Shown here piece after piece: positions 1 to 14,303 of a stretch of DNA of 64,000 nt. Position numbers and translations under genes: made by a program. The stretch is from Eledone cirrhosa. Lineage: Eukaryota. Positions within the stretch are counted from its first letter, which is position 1, and each line of letters begins with the position of its first letter. The notes beneath the pieces were generated by a model that saw only the letters and a program-made list of their open reading frames with translations, did no database searches and was not told the origin of the DNA. Location of the stretch: contig OZ024758.1 in the NCBI GenBank assembly GCA_964016885.1, positions 36,394,001 through 36,458,000 of the forward strand, written 5' to 3'.

Positions 1-1258
1 AGAATTCATTTAAGTTCATTGTATTAGCTGTCAGAAGGAACGCCACTGTTGGTGAGAATTCATTTAAGTTCATGGTATTAGCTGTCAGAAGTAACTCCAC
101 TGTTGGTGAGAATTCACTTAAGTTCATGGTACTAGCTGTCAGAAGTAACTCCAATGTTGGTGAGAATTCATTTAAGTTCATGGTATTAGCTGTCAGAAGG
201 AACTCCACTGTTGCTGAGAATTCATTTAAGTTCATGGTATTAGCTGTCAGAAGTAACTCCACTGTTGGTGAGAATTCATTTAAGTTCATGGTACTAGCTG
301 TCAGAAGTCACTCCACTGTTGGTGAGAATACATTTAAGTTCATGGTACTAGCTGTCAGAAGTAACCCCAATGTTGGTGAGAATTCATTTAAGTTCATGGT
401 ATTAGCTGTCAGAAGTCACTCCAATGTTGGTGAGAATTCATTTAAGTTCATGGTATTAGCTGTCAGAAGTAACTCCACTGTTGGTAAGAATTCATTTAAG
501 TTCATGGTATTAGCTGTCAGAAGTAACTCCACTGTTGGTGAGAATTCATTTAAGTTCATGGTATTAGCTGTCAGAAGGAACGCCACTGTTGGTGAGAATT
601 CATTTAAGTTCATGGTATTAGCTGTCAGAAGTAACTCCACTGTTGGTGAGAATTCATTTAAGTTCATGGTACTAGCTGTCAGAAGTAACTCCACTGTTGG
701 TGAGAATTCATTTAAGTTCATGGTATTAGCTGTCAGAAGTCACTCCAATGTTGGTGAGAATTCATTTAAGTTCATGGTATTAGCTGTCAGAAGTCACTCC
801 ACTGTTGGTGAGAATTCATTTAAGTTCATGGTACTAGCTGTCAGAAGTAACCCCAATGTTGGTGAGAATTCATTTAAGTTCATGGTATTAGCTGTCAGAA
901 GTCACTCCAATGTTGGTGAGAATTCATTTAAGTTCATGGTATTAGCTGTCAGAAGTAACTCCACTGTTGGTGAGAATTCATTTAAGTTCATGGTATTAGC
1001 TGTCAGAAGTAACTCCACTGTTGGTGAGAATTCATTTAAGTTCATTGTATTAGCTGTCAGAAGTAACTCCACTGTTGGTGAGAATTCATTTAAGTCATGG
1101 TATTAGCTGTCAGAAGTAACTCCAATGTTGGTGAGAATTCATTTAAGTTCATGGTATTAGCTGTCAGAAGTCACTCCACTGTTGGTGAGAATTCATTTAA
1201 GTTCATGGTACTAGCTGTCAGAAGTAACCCCAATGTTGGTGAGAATTCATTTAAGTTC

Positions 1259-4200
1259 ATGGTATTAGCTGTCAGAAGTCACTCCAATGTTGGTGAGAAT
1301 TCATTTAAGTTCATGGTATTAGCTGTCAGAAGTAACTCCACTGTTGGTGAGAATTCATTTAAGTTCATGGTATTAGCTGTCAGAAGTAACTCCACTGTTG
1401 GTGAGAATTCATTTAAGTTCATGGTATTAGCTGTCAGAAGTAACTCCACTGTTGGTGAGAATTCATTTAAGTTCATGGTATTAGCTGTCAGAAGTAACTC
1501 CACTGTTGGTGAGAATTCATTTAAGTTCATGGTATTAGCTGTCAGAAGGAACGCCACTGTTGGTGAGAATTCATTTAAATTCATGGTATTAGCTGTCAGA
1601 AGTAACTCCACTGTTGGTGAGAATTCATTTAAGTTCATGGTATTAGCTGTCAGAAGGAATTCCACTGTTGCTGAGAATTCATTTAAGTTCATGGTATTAG
1701 CTGTCAGAAGTAACTCCACTGTTGGTGAGAATTCATTTAAGTTCATGGTACTAGCTGTCAGAAGTAACTCCACTGTTGGTGAGAATTCATTTAAGTTCAT
1801 GGTATTAGCTGTCAGAAGTCACTCCAATGTTGGTGAGAATTCATTTAAGTTCATGGTATTAGCTGTCAGAAGTCACTCCACTGTTGGTGAGAATTCATTT
1901 AAGTTCATGGTACTAGCTGTCAGAAGTAACCCCAATGTTGGTGAGAATTCATTTAAGTTCATGGTATTAGCTGTCAGAAGTCACTCCAATGTTGGTGAGA
2001 ATTCATTTAAGTTCATGGTATTAGCTGTCAGAAGTAACTCCACTGTTGGTGAGAATTCATTTAAGTTCATGGTATTAGTTTGTCAGAAGTAACTCCACTG
2101 TTGGTGAGAATTCATTTAAGTCATGGTATTAGTTGTCAGAAGTAACTCCAATGTTGGTGAGAATTCATTTAAGTTCATGGTATTAGCTGTCAGAAGGAAC
2201 TCCACTGTTGGTGAGAATTCATTTAAGTTCATGGTATTAGCTGTCAGAAGGAACTCCAATGTTGGTGAGAATTCATTTAAGTCATGGTACTAGCTGTCAG
2301 ATGTAACTCCACTGTTGGTGAGAATTCATTTAAGTTCATGGTATTAGCTGTCAGAAGGAACGCCACTGTTGGTGAGAATTCATTTAAGTTCATGGTATTA
2401 GCTGTCAGAAGTAACTCCACTGTTGGTGAGAATTCATTTAAGTTCATGGTACTAGCTGTCAGAAGTAACTCCACTGTTGGTGAGAATTCATTTAAGTTCA
2501 TGGTATTAGCTGTCAGAAGTCACTCCAATGTTGGTGAGAATTCATTTAAGTTCATGGTAGTAGCTGTCAGAAGTCACTCCACTGTTGGTGAGAATTCATT
2601 TAAGTTCATGGTACTAGCTGTCAGAAGTAACCCCAATGTTGGTGAGAATTCATTTAAGTTCATGGTATTAGCTGTCAGAAGTCACTCCAATGTTGGTGAG
2701 AATTCATTTAAGTTCATGGTATTAGTTGTCAGAAGTAACTCCACTGTTGGTGAGAATTCATTTAAGTTCATGGTATTAGCTGTCAGAAGTAACTCCACTG
2801 TTGGTGAGAATTCATTTAAGTTCATGGTATTAGCTGTCAGAAGTAACTCCACTGTTGGTGAGAATTCATTTAAGTCATGGTATTAGCTGTCAGAAGTAAC
2901 TCCAATGTTGGTGAGAATTCATTTAAGTTCATGGTATTAGCTGTCAGAAGTCACTCCACTGTTGGTGAGAATTCATTTAAGTTCATGGTACTAGCTGTCA
3001 GAAGTAACACCAATGTTGGTGAGAATTCATTTAAGTTCATGGTATTAGCTGTCAGAAGTCACTCCAATGTTGGTGAGAATTCATTTAAGTTCATGGTATT
3101 AGCTGTCAGAAGTAACTCCACTGTTGGTGAGAATTCATTTAAGTTCATGGTATTAGCTGTCAGAAGTAACTCCACTGTTGGTGAGAATTCATTTAAGTTC
3201 ATGGTATTAGCTGTCAGAAGTAACTCCACTGTTGGTGAGAATTCATTTAAGTTCATGGTATTAGCTGTCAGAAGTAACTCCACTGTTGGTGAGAATTCAT
3301 TTAAGTTCATGGTATTAGCTGTCAGAAGGAACGCCACTGTTGGTGAGAATTCATTTAAATTCATGGTATTAGCTGTCAGAAGTAACTCCACTGTTGGTGA
3401 GAATTCATTTAAGTTCATGGTACTAGCTGTCAGAAGTAACTCCAATGTTGGTGAGAATTCATTTAAGTTCATGGTATTAGCTGTCAGAAGGAATTCCACT
3501 GTTGCTGAGAATTCATTTAAGTTCATGGTATTAGCTGTCAGAAGTCACTCCAATGTTGGTGAGAATTCATTTAAGTTCATGGTATTAGCTGTCAGAAGTC
3601 ACTCCACTGTTGGTGAGAATTCATTTAAGTTCATGGTACTAGCTGTCAGAAGTAACCCCAATGTTGGTGAGAATTCATTTAAGTTCATGGTATTAGCTGT
3701 CAGAAGTCACTCCAATGTTGGTGAGAATTCATTTAAGTTCATGGTATTAGCTGTCAGAAGTAACTCCACTGTTGGTGAGAATTCATTTAAGTTCATGGTA
3801 TTAGTTTGTCAGAAGTAACTCCACTGTTGGTGAGAATTCATTTAAGTCATGGTATTAGTTGTCAGAAGTAACTCCAATGTTGGTGAGAATTCATTTAAGT
3901 TCATGGTATTAGCTGTCAGAAGGAACTCCACTGTTGGTGAGAATTCATTTAAGTTCATGGTATTAGCTGTCAGAAGGAACTCCAATGTTGGTGAGAATTC
4001 ATTTAAGTCATGGTACTAGCTGTCAGATGTAACTCCACTGTTGGTGAGAATTCATTTAAGTTCATGGTATTAGCTGTCAGAAGGAACGCCACTGTTGGTG
4101 AGAATTAATTTAAGTTCATGGTATTAGCTGTCAGAAGTAACTCCACTGTTGGTGAGAATTCATTTAAGTTCATGGTACTAGCTGTCAGAAGTAACTCCAA

Positions 4201-7200
4201 TGTTGGTGAGAATTCATTTAAGTTCATGGTATTAGCTGTCAGAAGGAACTCCACTGTTGGTGAGAATTCATTTAAGTTCATGGTATTAGCTGTCAGAAGT
4301 AACTCCACTGTTGGTGAGAATTCATTTAAGTCATGGTATTAGCTGTCAGAAGTAACTCCATTGTTGGTGAGAATTCATTTAAGTCATGGTACTAGCTGTC
4401 AGAAGTAACTCCAATGTTGGTGAGAATTCATTTAAGTCATGGTACTAGCTGTCAGAAGTAACTCCAATGTTGGTGAGAATTCATTTAAGTTCATGTTATT
4501 AGCTGTCAGAAGGAACTCCACTGTTGGTGAGAATACATTTAAGTTCATGGTACTAGCTGTCAGAAGTAACCCCAATGTTGGTGAGAATTCATTTAAGTTC
4601 ATGGTATTAGCTGTCAGAAGTCACTCCAATGTTGGTGAGAATTCATTTAAGTTCATGGTATTAGCTGTCAGAAGTAACTCCACTGTTGGTAAGAATTCAT
4701 TTAAGTTCATGGTATTAGCTGTCAGAAGTAACTCCACTGTTGGTGAGAATTCATTTAAGTTCATGGTATTAGCTGTCAGAAGGAACGCCACTGTTGGTGA
4801 GAATTCATTTAAGTTCATGGTATTAGCTGTCAGAAGTAACTCCACTGTTGGTGAGAATTCATTTACGTTCATGGTACTAGCTGTCAGAAGTAATTCCAAT
4901 GTTGGTGAGAATTCATTTAAGTTCATGGTATTAGCTGTCAGAAGGAACTCCACTGTTGGTGAGAATTCATTTAAGTTCATGGTATTAGCTGTCAGAAGGA
5001 ACTCCAATGTTGGTGAGAATTCATTTAAGTCATGGTACTAGCTGTCAGAAGTAACTCCACTGTTGGTGAGAATTCATTTAAGTTCATGGTATTAGCTGTC
5101 AGAAGGAACGCCACTGTTGGTGAGAATTCATTTAAGTTCATGGTATTAGCTGTCAGAAGTAACTCCACTGTTGGTAAGAATTCATTTAAGTTCATGGTAT
5201 TAGCTGTCAGAAGTAACTCCACTGTTGGTGAGAATTCATTTAAGTTCATGGTATTAGCTGTCAGAAGGAACGGCACTGTTGGTGAGAATTCATTTAAGTT
5301 CATGTTATTAGCTGTCAGAAGGAACTCCACTGTTGGTGAGAATACATTTAAGTTCATGGTACTAGCTGTCAGAAGTAACCCCAATGTTGGTGAGAATTCA
5401 TTTAAGTTCATGGTATTAGCTGTCAGAAGTCACTCCAATGTTGGTGAGAATTCATTTAAGTTCATGGTATTAGCTGTCAGAAGTAACTCCACTGTTGGTA
5501 AGAATTCATTTAAGTTCATGGTATTAGCTCTCAGAAGTAACTCCACTGTTGGTGAGAATTCATTTAAGTTCATGGTATTAGCTGTCAGAAGGAACGCCAC
5601 TGTTGGTGAGAATTCATTTAAGTTCATGGTATTAGCTGTCAGAAGTAACTCCACTGTTGGTGAGAATTCATTTAAGTTCATGGTACTAGCTGTCAGAAGT
5701 AACTCCAATGTTGGTGAGAATTCATTTAAGTTCATGGTATTAGCTGTCAGAAGGAACTCCACTGTTGCTGAGAATTCATTTAAGTTCATGGTATTAGCTG
5801 TCAGAAGTAACTCCACTGTTGGTGAGAATTCATTTAAGTTCATGGTACTAGCTGTCAGAAGTAACTCCACTGTTGGTGAGAATTCATTTAAGTTCATGGT
5901 ATTAGCTGTCAGAAGTCACTCCAATGTTGGTGAGAATTCATTTAAGTTCATGGTATTAGCTGTCAGAAGTCACTCCACTGTTGGTGAGAATTCATTTAAG
6001 TTCATGGTACTAGCTGTCAGAAGTAACCCCAATGTTGGTGAGAATTCATTTAAGTTCATGGTATTAGCTGTCAGAAGTCACTCCAATGTTGGCGAGAATT
6101 CATTTAAGTTCATGGTATTAGCTGTCAGAAGTAACTCCACTGTTGGTGAGAATTCATTTAAGTTCATGGTATTAGCTGTCAGAAGTAACTCCACTGTTGG
6201 TGAGAATTCATTTAAGTCATGGTATTAGTTGTCAGAAGTAACTCCAATGTTGGTGAGAATTCATTTAAGTTCATGGTATTAGCTTTCAGAAGGAACTCCA
6301 CTGTTGGTGAGAATTCATTTAAGTTCATGTTATTAGCTGTCAGAAGGAACTCCAATGTTGGTGAGAATTCATTTAAGTCATGGTACTAGCTGTCAGATGT
6401 AACTCCACTGTTGGTGAGAATTCATTTAAGTTCATGGTATTAGCTGTCAGAAGTCACTCCAATGTTGGTGAGAATTCATTTAAGTTCATGGTATTAGCTG
6501 TCAGAAGTAACTCCACTGTTGGTGAGAATTCATTTAAGTTCATGGTATTAGCTGTCAGAAGTAACTCCACTGTTGGTGAGAATTCATTTAAGTTCATGGT
6601 ATTAGCTGTCAGAAGTAACTCCACTGTTGGTGACAATTCATTTAAGTTCATGGTATTAGCTGTCAGAAGTAACTCCACTGTTGGTGAGAATTCATTTAAG
6701 TTCATGGTATTAGCTGTCAGAAGGAACGCCACTGTTGGTGAGAATTCATTTAAATTCATGGTATTAGCTGTCAGAAGTAACTCCACTGTTGGTGAGAATT
6801 CATTTAAGTTCATGGTATTAGCTGTCAGAAGGAATTCCACTGTTGCTGAGAATTCATTTAAGTTCATAGTATTAGCTGTCAGAAGTAACTCCACTGTTGG
6901 TGAGAATTCATTTAAGTTCATGGTACTAGCTGTCAGAAGTAACTCCACTGTTGGTGAGAATTCATTTAAGTTCATGGTATTAGCTGTCAGAAGTCACTCC
7001 AATGTTGGTGAGAATTCATTTAAGTTCATGGTATTAGCTGTCAGAAGTCACTCCACTGTTGGTGAGAATTCATTTAAGTTCATGGTACTAGCTGTCAGAA
7101 GTAACCCCAATGTTGGTGAGAATTCATTTAAGTTCATGGTATTAGCTGTCAGAAGTCACTCCAATGTTGGTGAGAATTCATTTAAGTTCATGGTATTAGC

Positions 7201-10200
7201 TGTCAGAAGTAACTCCACTGTTGGTGAGAATTCATTTAAGTTCATGGTATTAGTTTGTCAGAAGTAACTCCACTGTTGGTGAGAATTCATTTAAGTCATG
7301 GTATTAGTTGTCAGAAGTAACTCCAATGTTGGTGAGAATTCATTTAAGTTCATGGTATTAGCTGTCAGAAGGAACTCCACTGTTGGTGAGAATTCATTTA
7401 AGTTCATGGTATTAGCTGTCAGAAGGAACTCCAATGTTGGTGAGAATTTATTTAAGTCATGGTACTAGCTGTCAGATGTAACTCCACTGTTGGTGAGAAT
7501 TCATTTAAGTTCATGGTATTAGCTGTCAGAAGGAACGCCACTGTTGGTGAGAATTCATTTAAGTTCATGGTATTAGCTGTCAGAAGTAACTCCACTGTTG
7601 GTGAGAATTCATTTAAGTTCATGGTACTAGCTGTCAGAAGTAACTCCACTGTTGGTGAGAATTCATTTAAGTTCATGGTATTAGCTGTCAGAAGTCACTC
7701 CAATGTTGGTGAGAATTCATTTAAGTTCATGGTATTAGCTGTCAGAAGTCACTCCACTGTTGGTGAGAATTCATTTAAGTTCATGGTACTAGCTGTCAGA
7801 AGTAACCCCAATGTTGGTGAGAATTCATTTAAGTTCATGGTATTAGCTGTCAGAAGTCACTCCAATGTTGGTGAGAATTCATTTAAGTTCATGGTATTAG
7901 TTGTCAGAAGTAACTCCACTGTTGGTGAGAATTCATTTAAGTTCATGGTATTAGCTGTCAGAAGTAACTCCACTGTTGGTGAGAATTCATTTAAGTTCAT
8001 GGTATTAGCTGTCAGAAGTAACTCCACTGTTGGTGAGAATTCATTTAAGTCATGGTATTAGCTGTCAGAAGTAACTCCAATGTTGGTGAGAATTCATTTA
8101 AGTTCATGGTATTAGCTGTCAGAAGTCACTCCACTGTTGGTGAGAATTCATTTAAGTTCATGGTACTAGCTGTCAGAAGTAACACCAATGTTGGTGAGAA
8201 TTCATTTAAGTTCATGGTATTAGCTGTCAGAAGTCACTCCAATGTTGGTGAGAATTCATTTAAGTTCATGGTATTAGCTGTCAGAAGTAACTCCACTGTT
8301 GGTGAGAATTCATTTAAGTTCATGGTATTAGCTGTCAGAAGTAACTCCACTGTTGGTGAGAATTCATTTAAGTTCATGGTATTAGCTGTCAGAAGTAACT
8401 CCACTGTTGGTGAGAATTCATTTAAGTTCATGGTATTAGCTGTCAGAAGTAACTCCACTGTTGGTGAGAATTCATTTAAGTTCATGGTATTAGCTGTCAG
8501 AAGGAACGCCACTGTTGGTGAGAATTCATTTAAATTCATGGTATTAGCTGTCAGAAGTAACTCCACTGTTGGTGAGAATTCATTTAAGTTCATGGTACTA
8601 GCTGTCAGAAGTAACTCCAATGTTGGTGAGAATTCATTTAAGTTCATGGTATTAGCTGTCAGAAGGAATTCCACTGTTGCTGAGAATTCATTTAAGTTCA
8701 TGGTATTAGCTGTCAGAAGTAACTCCACTGTTGGTGAGAATTCATTTAAGTTCATGGTACTAGCTGTCAGAAGTAACTCCACTGTTGGTGAGAATTCATT
8801 TAAGTTCATGGTATTAGCTGTCAGAAGTCACTCCAATGTTGGTGAGAATTCATTTAAGTTCATGGTATTAGCTGTCAGAAGTCACTCCACTGTTGGTGAG
8901 AATTCATTTAAGTTCATGGTACTAGCTGTCAGAAGTAACCCCAATGTTGGTGAGAATTCATTTAAGTTCATGGTATTAGCTGTCAGAAGTCACTCCAATG
9001 TTGGTGAGAATTCATTTAAGTTCATGGTATTAGCTGTCAGAAGTAACTCCACTGTTGGTGAGAATTCATTTAAGTTCATGGTATTAGTTTGTCAGAAGTA
9101 ACTCCACTGTTGGTGAGAATTCATTTAAGTCATGGTATTAGTTGTCAGAAGTAACTCCAATGTTGGTGAGAATTCATTTAAGTACATGGTATTAGCTGTC
9201 AGAAGGAACTCCACTGTTGGTGAGAATTCATTTAAGTTCATGGTATTAGCTGTCAGAAGGAACTCCAATGTTGGTGAGAATTCATTTAAGTCATGGTACT
9301 AGCTGTCAGATGTAACTCCACTGTTGGTGAGAATTCATTTAAGTTCATGGTATTAGCTGTCAGAAGGAACGCCACTGTTGGTGAGAATTAATTTAAGTTC
9401 ATGGTATTAGCTGTCAGAAGTAACTCCACTGTTGGTGAGAATTCATTTAAGTTCATGGTACTAGCTGTCAGAAGTAACTCCAATGTTGGTGAGAATTCAT
9501 TTAAGTTCATGGTATTAGCTGTCAGAAGGAACTCCACTGTTGGTGAGAATTCATTTAAGTTCATGGTATTAGCTGTCAGAAGTAACTCCACTGTTGGTGA
9601 GAATTCATTTAAGTCATGGTATTAGCTGTCAGAAGTAACTCCATTGTTGGTGAGAATTCATTTAAGTCATGGTACTAGCTGTCAGAAGTAACTCCAATGT
9701 TGGTGAGAATTCATTTAAGTCATGGTACTAGCTGTCAGAAGTAACTCCAATGTTGGTGAGAATTCATTTAAGTTCATGTTATTAGCTGTCAGAAGGAACT
9801 CCACTGTTGGTGAGAATACATTTAAGTTCATGGTACTAGCTGTCAGAAGTAACCCCAATGTTGGTGAGAATTCATTTAAGTTCATGGTATTAGCTGTCAG
9901 AAGTCACTCCAATGTTGGTGAGAATTCATTTAAGTTCATGGTATTAGCTGTCAGAAGTAACTCCACTGTTGGTAAGAATTCATTTAAGTTCATGGTATTA
10001 GCTGTCAGAAGTAACTCCACTGTTGGTGAGAATTCATTTAAGTTCATGGTATTAGCTGTCAGAAGGAACGCCACTGTTGGTGAGAATTCATTTAAGTTCA
10101 TGGTATTAGCTGTCAGAAGTAACTCCACTGTTGGTGAGAATTCATTTACGTTCATGGTACTAGCTGTCAGAAGTAATTCCAATGTTGGTGAGAATTCATT

Positions 10201-13200
10201 TAAGTTCATGGTATTAGCTGTCAGAAGGAACTCCACTGTTGGTGAGAATTCATTTAAGTTCATGGTATTAGCTGTCAGAAGGAACTCCAATGTTGGTGAG
10301 AATTCATTTAAGTCATGGTACTAGCTGTCAGAAGTAACTCCACTGTTGGTGAGAATTCATTTAAGTTCATGGTATTAGCTGTCCGAAGGAACGCCACTGT
10401 TGGTGAGAATTCATTTAAGTTCATGGTATTAGCTGTCAGAAGTAACTCCACTGTTGGTAAGAATTCATTTAAGTTCATGGTATTAGCTGTCAGAAGTAAC
10501 TCCACTGTTGGTGAGAATTCATTTAAGTTCATGGTATTAGCTGTCAGAAGGAACGGCACTGTTGGTGAGAATTCATTTAAGTTCATGTTATTAGCTGTCA
10601 GAAGGAACTCCACTGTTGGTGAGAATACATTTAAGTTCATGGTACTAGCTGTCAGAAGTAACCCCAATGTTGGTGAGAATTCATTTAAGTTCATGGTATT
10701 AGCTGTCAGAAGTCACTCCAATGTTGGTGAGAATTCATTTAAGTTCATGGTATTAGCTGTCAGAAGTAACTCCACTGTTGGTAAGAATTCATTTAAGTTC
10801 ATGGTATTAGCTCTCAGAAGTAACTCCACTGTTGGTGAGAATTCATTTAAGTTCATGGTATTAGCTGTCAGAAGGAACGCCACTGTTGGTGAGAATTCAT
10901 TTAAGTTCATGGTATTAGCTGTCAGAAGTAACTCCACTGTTGGTGAGAATTCATTTAAGTTCATGGTACTAGCTGTCAGAAGTAACTCCAATGTTGGTGA
11001 GAATTCATTTAAGTTCATGGTATTAGCTGTCAGAAGGAACTCCACTGTTGCTGAGAATTCATTTAAGTTCATGGGATTAGCTGTCAGAAGTAACTCCACT
11101 GTTGGTGAGAATTCATTTAAGTTCATGGTACTAGCTGTCAGAAGTAACTCCACTGTTGGTGAGAATTCATTTAAGTTCATGGTATTAGCTGTCAGAAGTC
11201 ACTCCAATGTTGGTGAGAATTCATTTAAGTTCATGGTATTAGCTGTCAGAAGTCACTCCACTGTTGGTGAGAATTCATTTAAGTTCATGGTACTAGCTGT
11301 CAGAAGTAACCCCAATGTTGGTGAGAATTCATTTAAGTTCATGGTATTAGCTGTCAGAAGTCACTCCAATGTTGGTGAGAATTCATTTAAGTTCATGGTA
11401 TTAGCTGTCAGAAGTAACTCCACTGTTGGTGAGAATTCATTTAAGTTCATGGTATTAGTTTGTCAGAAGTAACTCCACTGTTGGTGAGAATTCATTTAAG
11501 TCATGGTATTAGTTGTCAGAAGTAACTCCAATGTTGGTGAGAATTCATTTAAGTACATGGTATTAGCTGTCAGAAGGAACTCCACTGTTGGTGAGAATTC
11601 ATTTAAGTTCATGGTATTAGCTGTCAGAAGGAACTCCAATGTTGGTGAGAATTCATTTAAGTCATGGTACTAGCTGTCAGATGTAACTCCACTGTTGGTG
11701 AGAATTCATTTAAGTTCATGGTATTAGCTGTCAGAAGGAACGCCACTGTTGGTGAGAATTAATTTAAGTTCATGGTATTAGCTGTCAGAAGTAACTCCAC
11801 TGTTGGTGAGAATTCATTTAAGTTCATGGTACTAGCTGTCAGAAGTAACTCCAATGTTGGTGAGAATTCATTTAAGTTCATGGTATTAGCTGTCAGAAGG
11901 AACTCCACTGTTGGTGAGAATTCATTTAAGTTCATGGTATTAGCTGTCAGAAGTAACTCCACTGTTGGTGAGAATTCATTTAAGTCATGGTATTAGCTGT
12001 CAGAAGTAACTCCATTGTTGGTGAGAATTCATTTAAGTCATGGTACTAGCTGTCAGAAGTAACTCCAATGTTGGTGAGAATTCATTTAAGTCATGGTACT
12101 AGCTGTCAGAAGTAACTCCAATGTTGGTGAGAATTCATTTAAGTTCATGTTATTAGCTGTCAGAAGGAACTCCACTGTTGGTGAGAATACATTTAAGTTC
12201 ATGGTACTAGCTGTCAGAAGTAACCCCAATGTTGGTGAGAATTCATTTAAGTTCATGGTATTAGCTGTCAGAAGTCACTCCAATGTTGGTGAGAATTCAT
12301 TTAAGTTCATGGTATTAGCTGTCAGAAGTAACTCCACTGTTGGTAAGAATTCATTTAAGTTCATGGTATTAGCTGTCAGAAGTAACTCCACTGTTGGTGA
12401 GAATTCATTTAAGTTCATGGTATTAGCTGTCAGAAGGAACGCCACTGTTGGTGAGAATTCATTTAAGTTCATGGTATTAGCTGTCAGAAGTAACTCCACT
12501 GTTGGTGAGAATTCATTTACGTTCATGGTACTAGCTGTCAGAAGTAATTCCAATGTTGGTGAGAATTCATTTAAGTTCATGGTATTAGCTGTCAGAAGGA
12601 ACTCCACTGTTGGTGAGAATTCATTTAAGTTCATGGTATTAGCTGTCAGAAGGAACTCCAATGTTGGTGAGAATTCATTTAAGTCATGGTACTAGCTGTC
12701 AGAAGTAACTCCACTGTTGGTGAGAATTCATTTAAGTTCATGGTATTAGCTGTCCGAAGGAACGCCACTGTTGGTGAGAATTCATTTAAGTTCATGGTAT
12801 TAGCTGTCAGAAGTAACTCCACTGTTGGTAAGAATTCATTTAAGTTCATGGTATTAGCTGTCAGAAGTAACTCCACTGTTGGTGAGAATTCATTTAAGTT
12901 CATGGTATTAGCTGTCAGAAGGAACGGCACTGTTGGTGAGAATTCATTTAAGTTCATGTTATTAGCTGTCAGAAGGAACTCCACTGTTGGTGAGAATACA
13001 TTTAAGTTCATGGTACTAGCTGTCAGAAGTAACCCCAATGTTGGTGAGAATTCATTTAAGTTCATGGTATTAGCTGTCAGAAGTCACTCCAATGTTGGTG
13101 AGAATTCATTTAAGTTCATGGTATTAGCTGTCAGAAGTAACTCCACTGTTGGTAAGAATTCATTTAAGTTCATGGTATTAGCTCTCAGAAGTAACTCCAC

Positions 13201-14085
13201 TGTTGGTGAGAATTCATTTAAGTTCATGGTATTAGCTGTCAGAAGGAACGCCACTGTTGGTGAGAATTCATTTAAGTTCATGGTATTAGCTGTCAGAAGT
13301 AACTCCACTGTTGGTGAGAATTCATTTAAGTTCATGGTACTAGCTGTCAGAAGTAACTCCAATGTTGGTGAGAATTCATTTAAGTTCATGGTATTAGCTG
13401 TCAGAAGGAACTCCACTGTTGCTGAGAATTCATTTAAGTTCATGGTATTAGCTGTCAGAAGTAACTCCACTGTTGGTGAGAATTCATTTAAGTTCATGGT
13501 ACTAGCTGTCAGAAGTAACTCCACTGTTGGTGAGAATTCATTTAAGTTCATGGTATTAGCTGTCAGAAGTCACTCCAATGTTGGTGAGAATTCATTTAAG
13601 TTCATGGTATTAGCTGTCAGAAGTCACTCCACTGTTGGTGAGAATTCATTTAAGTTCATGGTACTAGCTGTCAGAAGTAACCCCAATGTTGGTGAGAATT
13701 CATTTAAGTTCATGGTATTAGCTGTCAGAAGTCACTCCAATGTTGGCGAGAATTCATTTAAGTTCATGGTATTAGCTGTCAGAAGTAACTCCACTGTTGG
13801 TGAGAATTCATTTAAGTTCATGGTATTAGCTGTCAGAAGTAACTCCACTGTTGGTGAGAATTCATTTAAGTCATGGTATTAGTTGTCAGAAGTAACTCCA
13901 ATGTTGGTGAGAATTCATTTAAGTTCATGGTATTAGCTTTCAGAAGGAACTCCACTGTTGGTGAGAATTCATTTAAGTTCATGTTATTAGCTGTCAGAAG
14001 GAACTCCAATGTTGGTGAGAATTCATTTAAGTCATGGTACTAGCTGTCAGATGTAACTCCACTGTTGGTGAGAATTCATTTAAGT
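1259..14085. repeat. ~5.2-kb tandem segmental duplication within the array (copy A ~1259-6433; copy B from ~6434, extended to ~14085 by a nested 2371-bp duplication)
   Basis: ORF patterns repeat at +5175 (2284/7459, 2877/8052), then at +5283 (4118/9401, 4439/9722, 5032/10315). The 108-bp shift equals 2 monomers. Rare markers are shared: GAATTAAT at 4107/9390, and GGCGAG at 6093/13747 (offset 7654 = 5283+2371). Confidence 0.85.
9078..13820. repeat. 2371-bp (~44-monomer) tandem duplication nested in copy B of the 5.2-kb duplication
   Basis: ORF starts 9401/11772, 9722/12093 and 10315/12686 are all +2371. Private variants AAGTACATG (9184/11555) and GTCCGAAG (10384/12755) occur at the same offset. 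Confidence 0.9.
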
Positions 14086-14303
14086 TCATGGTATTAGCTG
14101 TCAGAAGGAACGCCACTGTTGGTGAGAATTCATTTAAGTTCATGGTATTAGCTGTCAGAAGTAACTCCACTGTTGGTGAGAATTCATTTAAGTTCATGGT
14201 ACTAGCTGACAGAAGTAACTCAAATGTTGGTGAGAATTCATTTAAGTTCATGGTATTAGCTGTCAGAAGTAACTCCACTGTTGGTAAGAATTCATTTAAG
14301 TTC

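Noticed and set aside
151-155. CCAAT boxes and other promoter-like motifs in variant monomers
   Set aside because: They are short motifs produced by a single C>A variant of the satellite, with no downstream gene.
1085-1106. Programmed frameshifting or phase variation at TTTAAG(T)TC linking the ORFs into one giant protein
   Set aside because: The indel is a fixed monomer variant propagated by duplication. Hundreds of events plus in-frame stops would have to be bypassed, and there is no supporting gene context.
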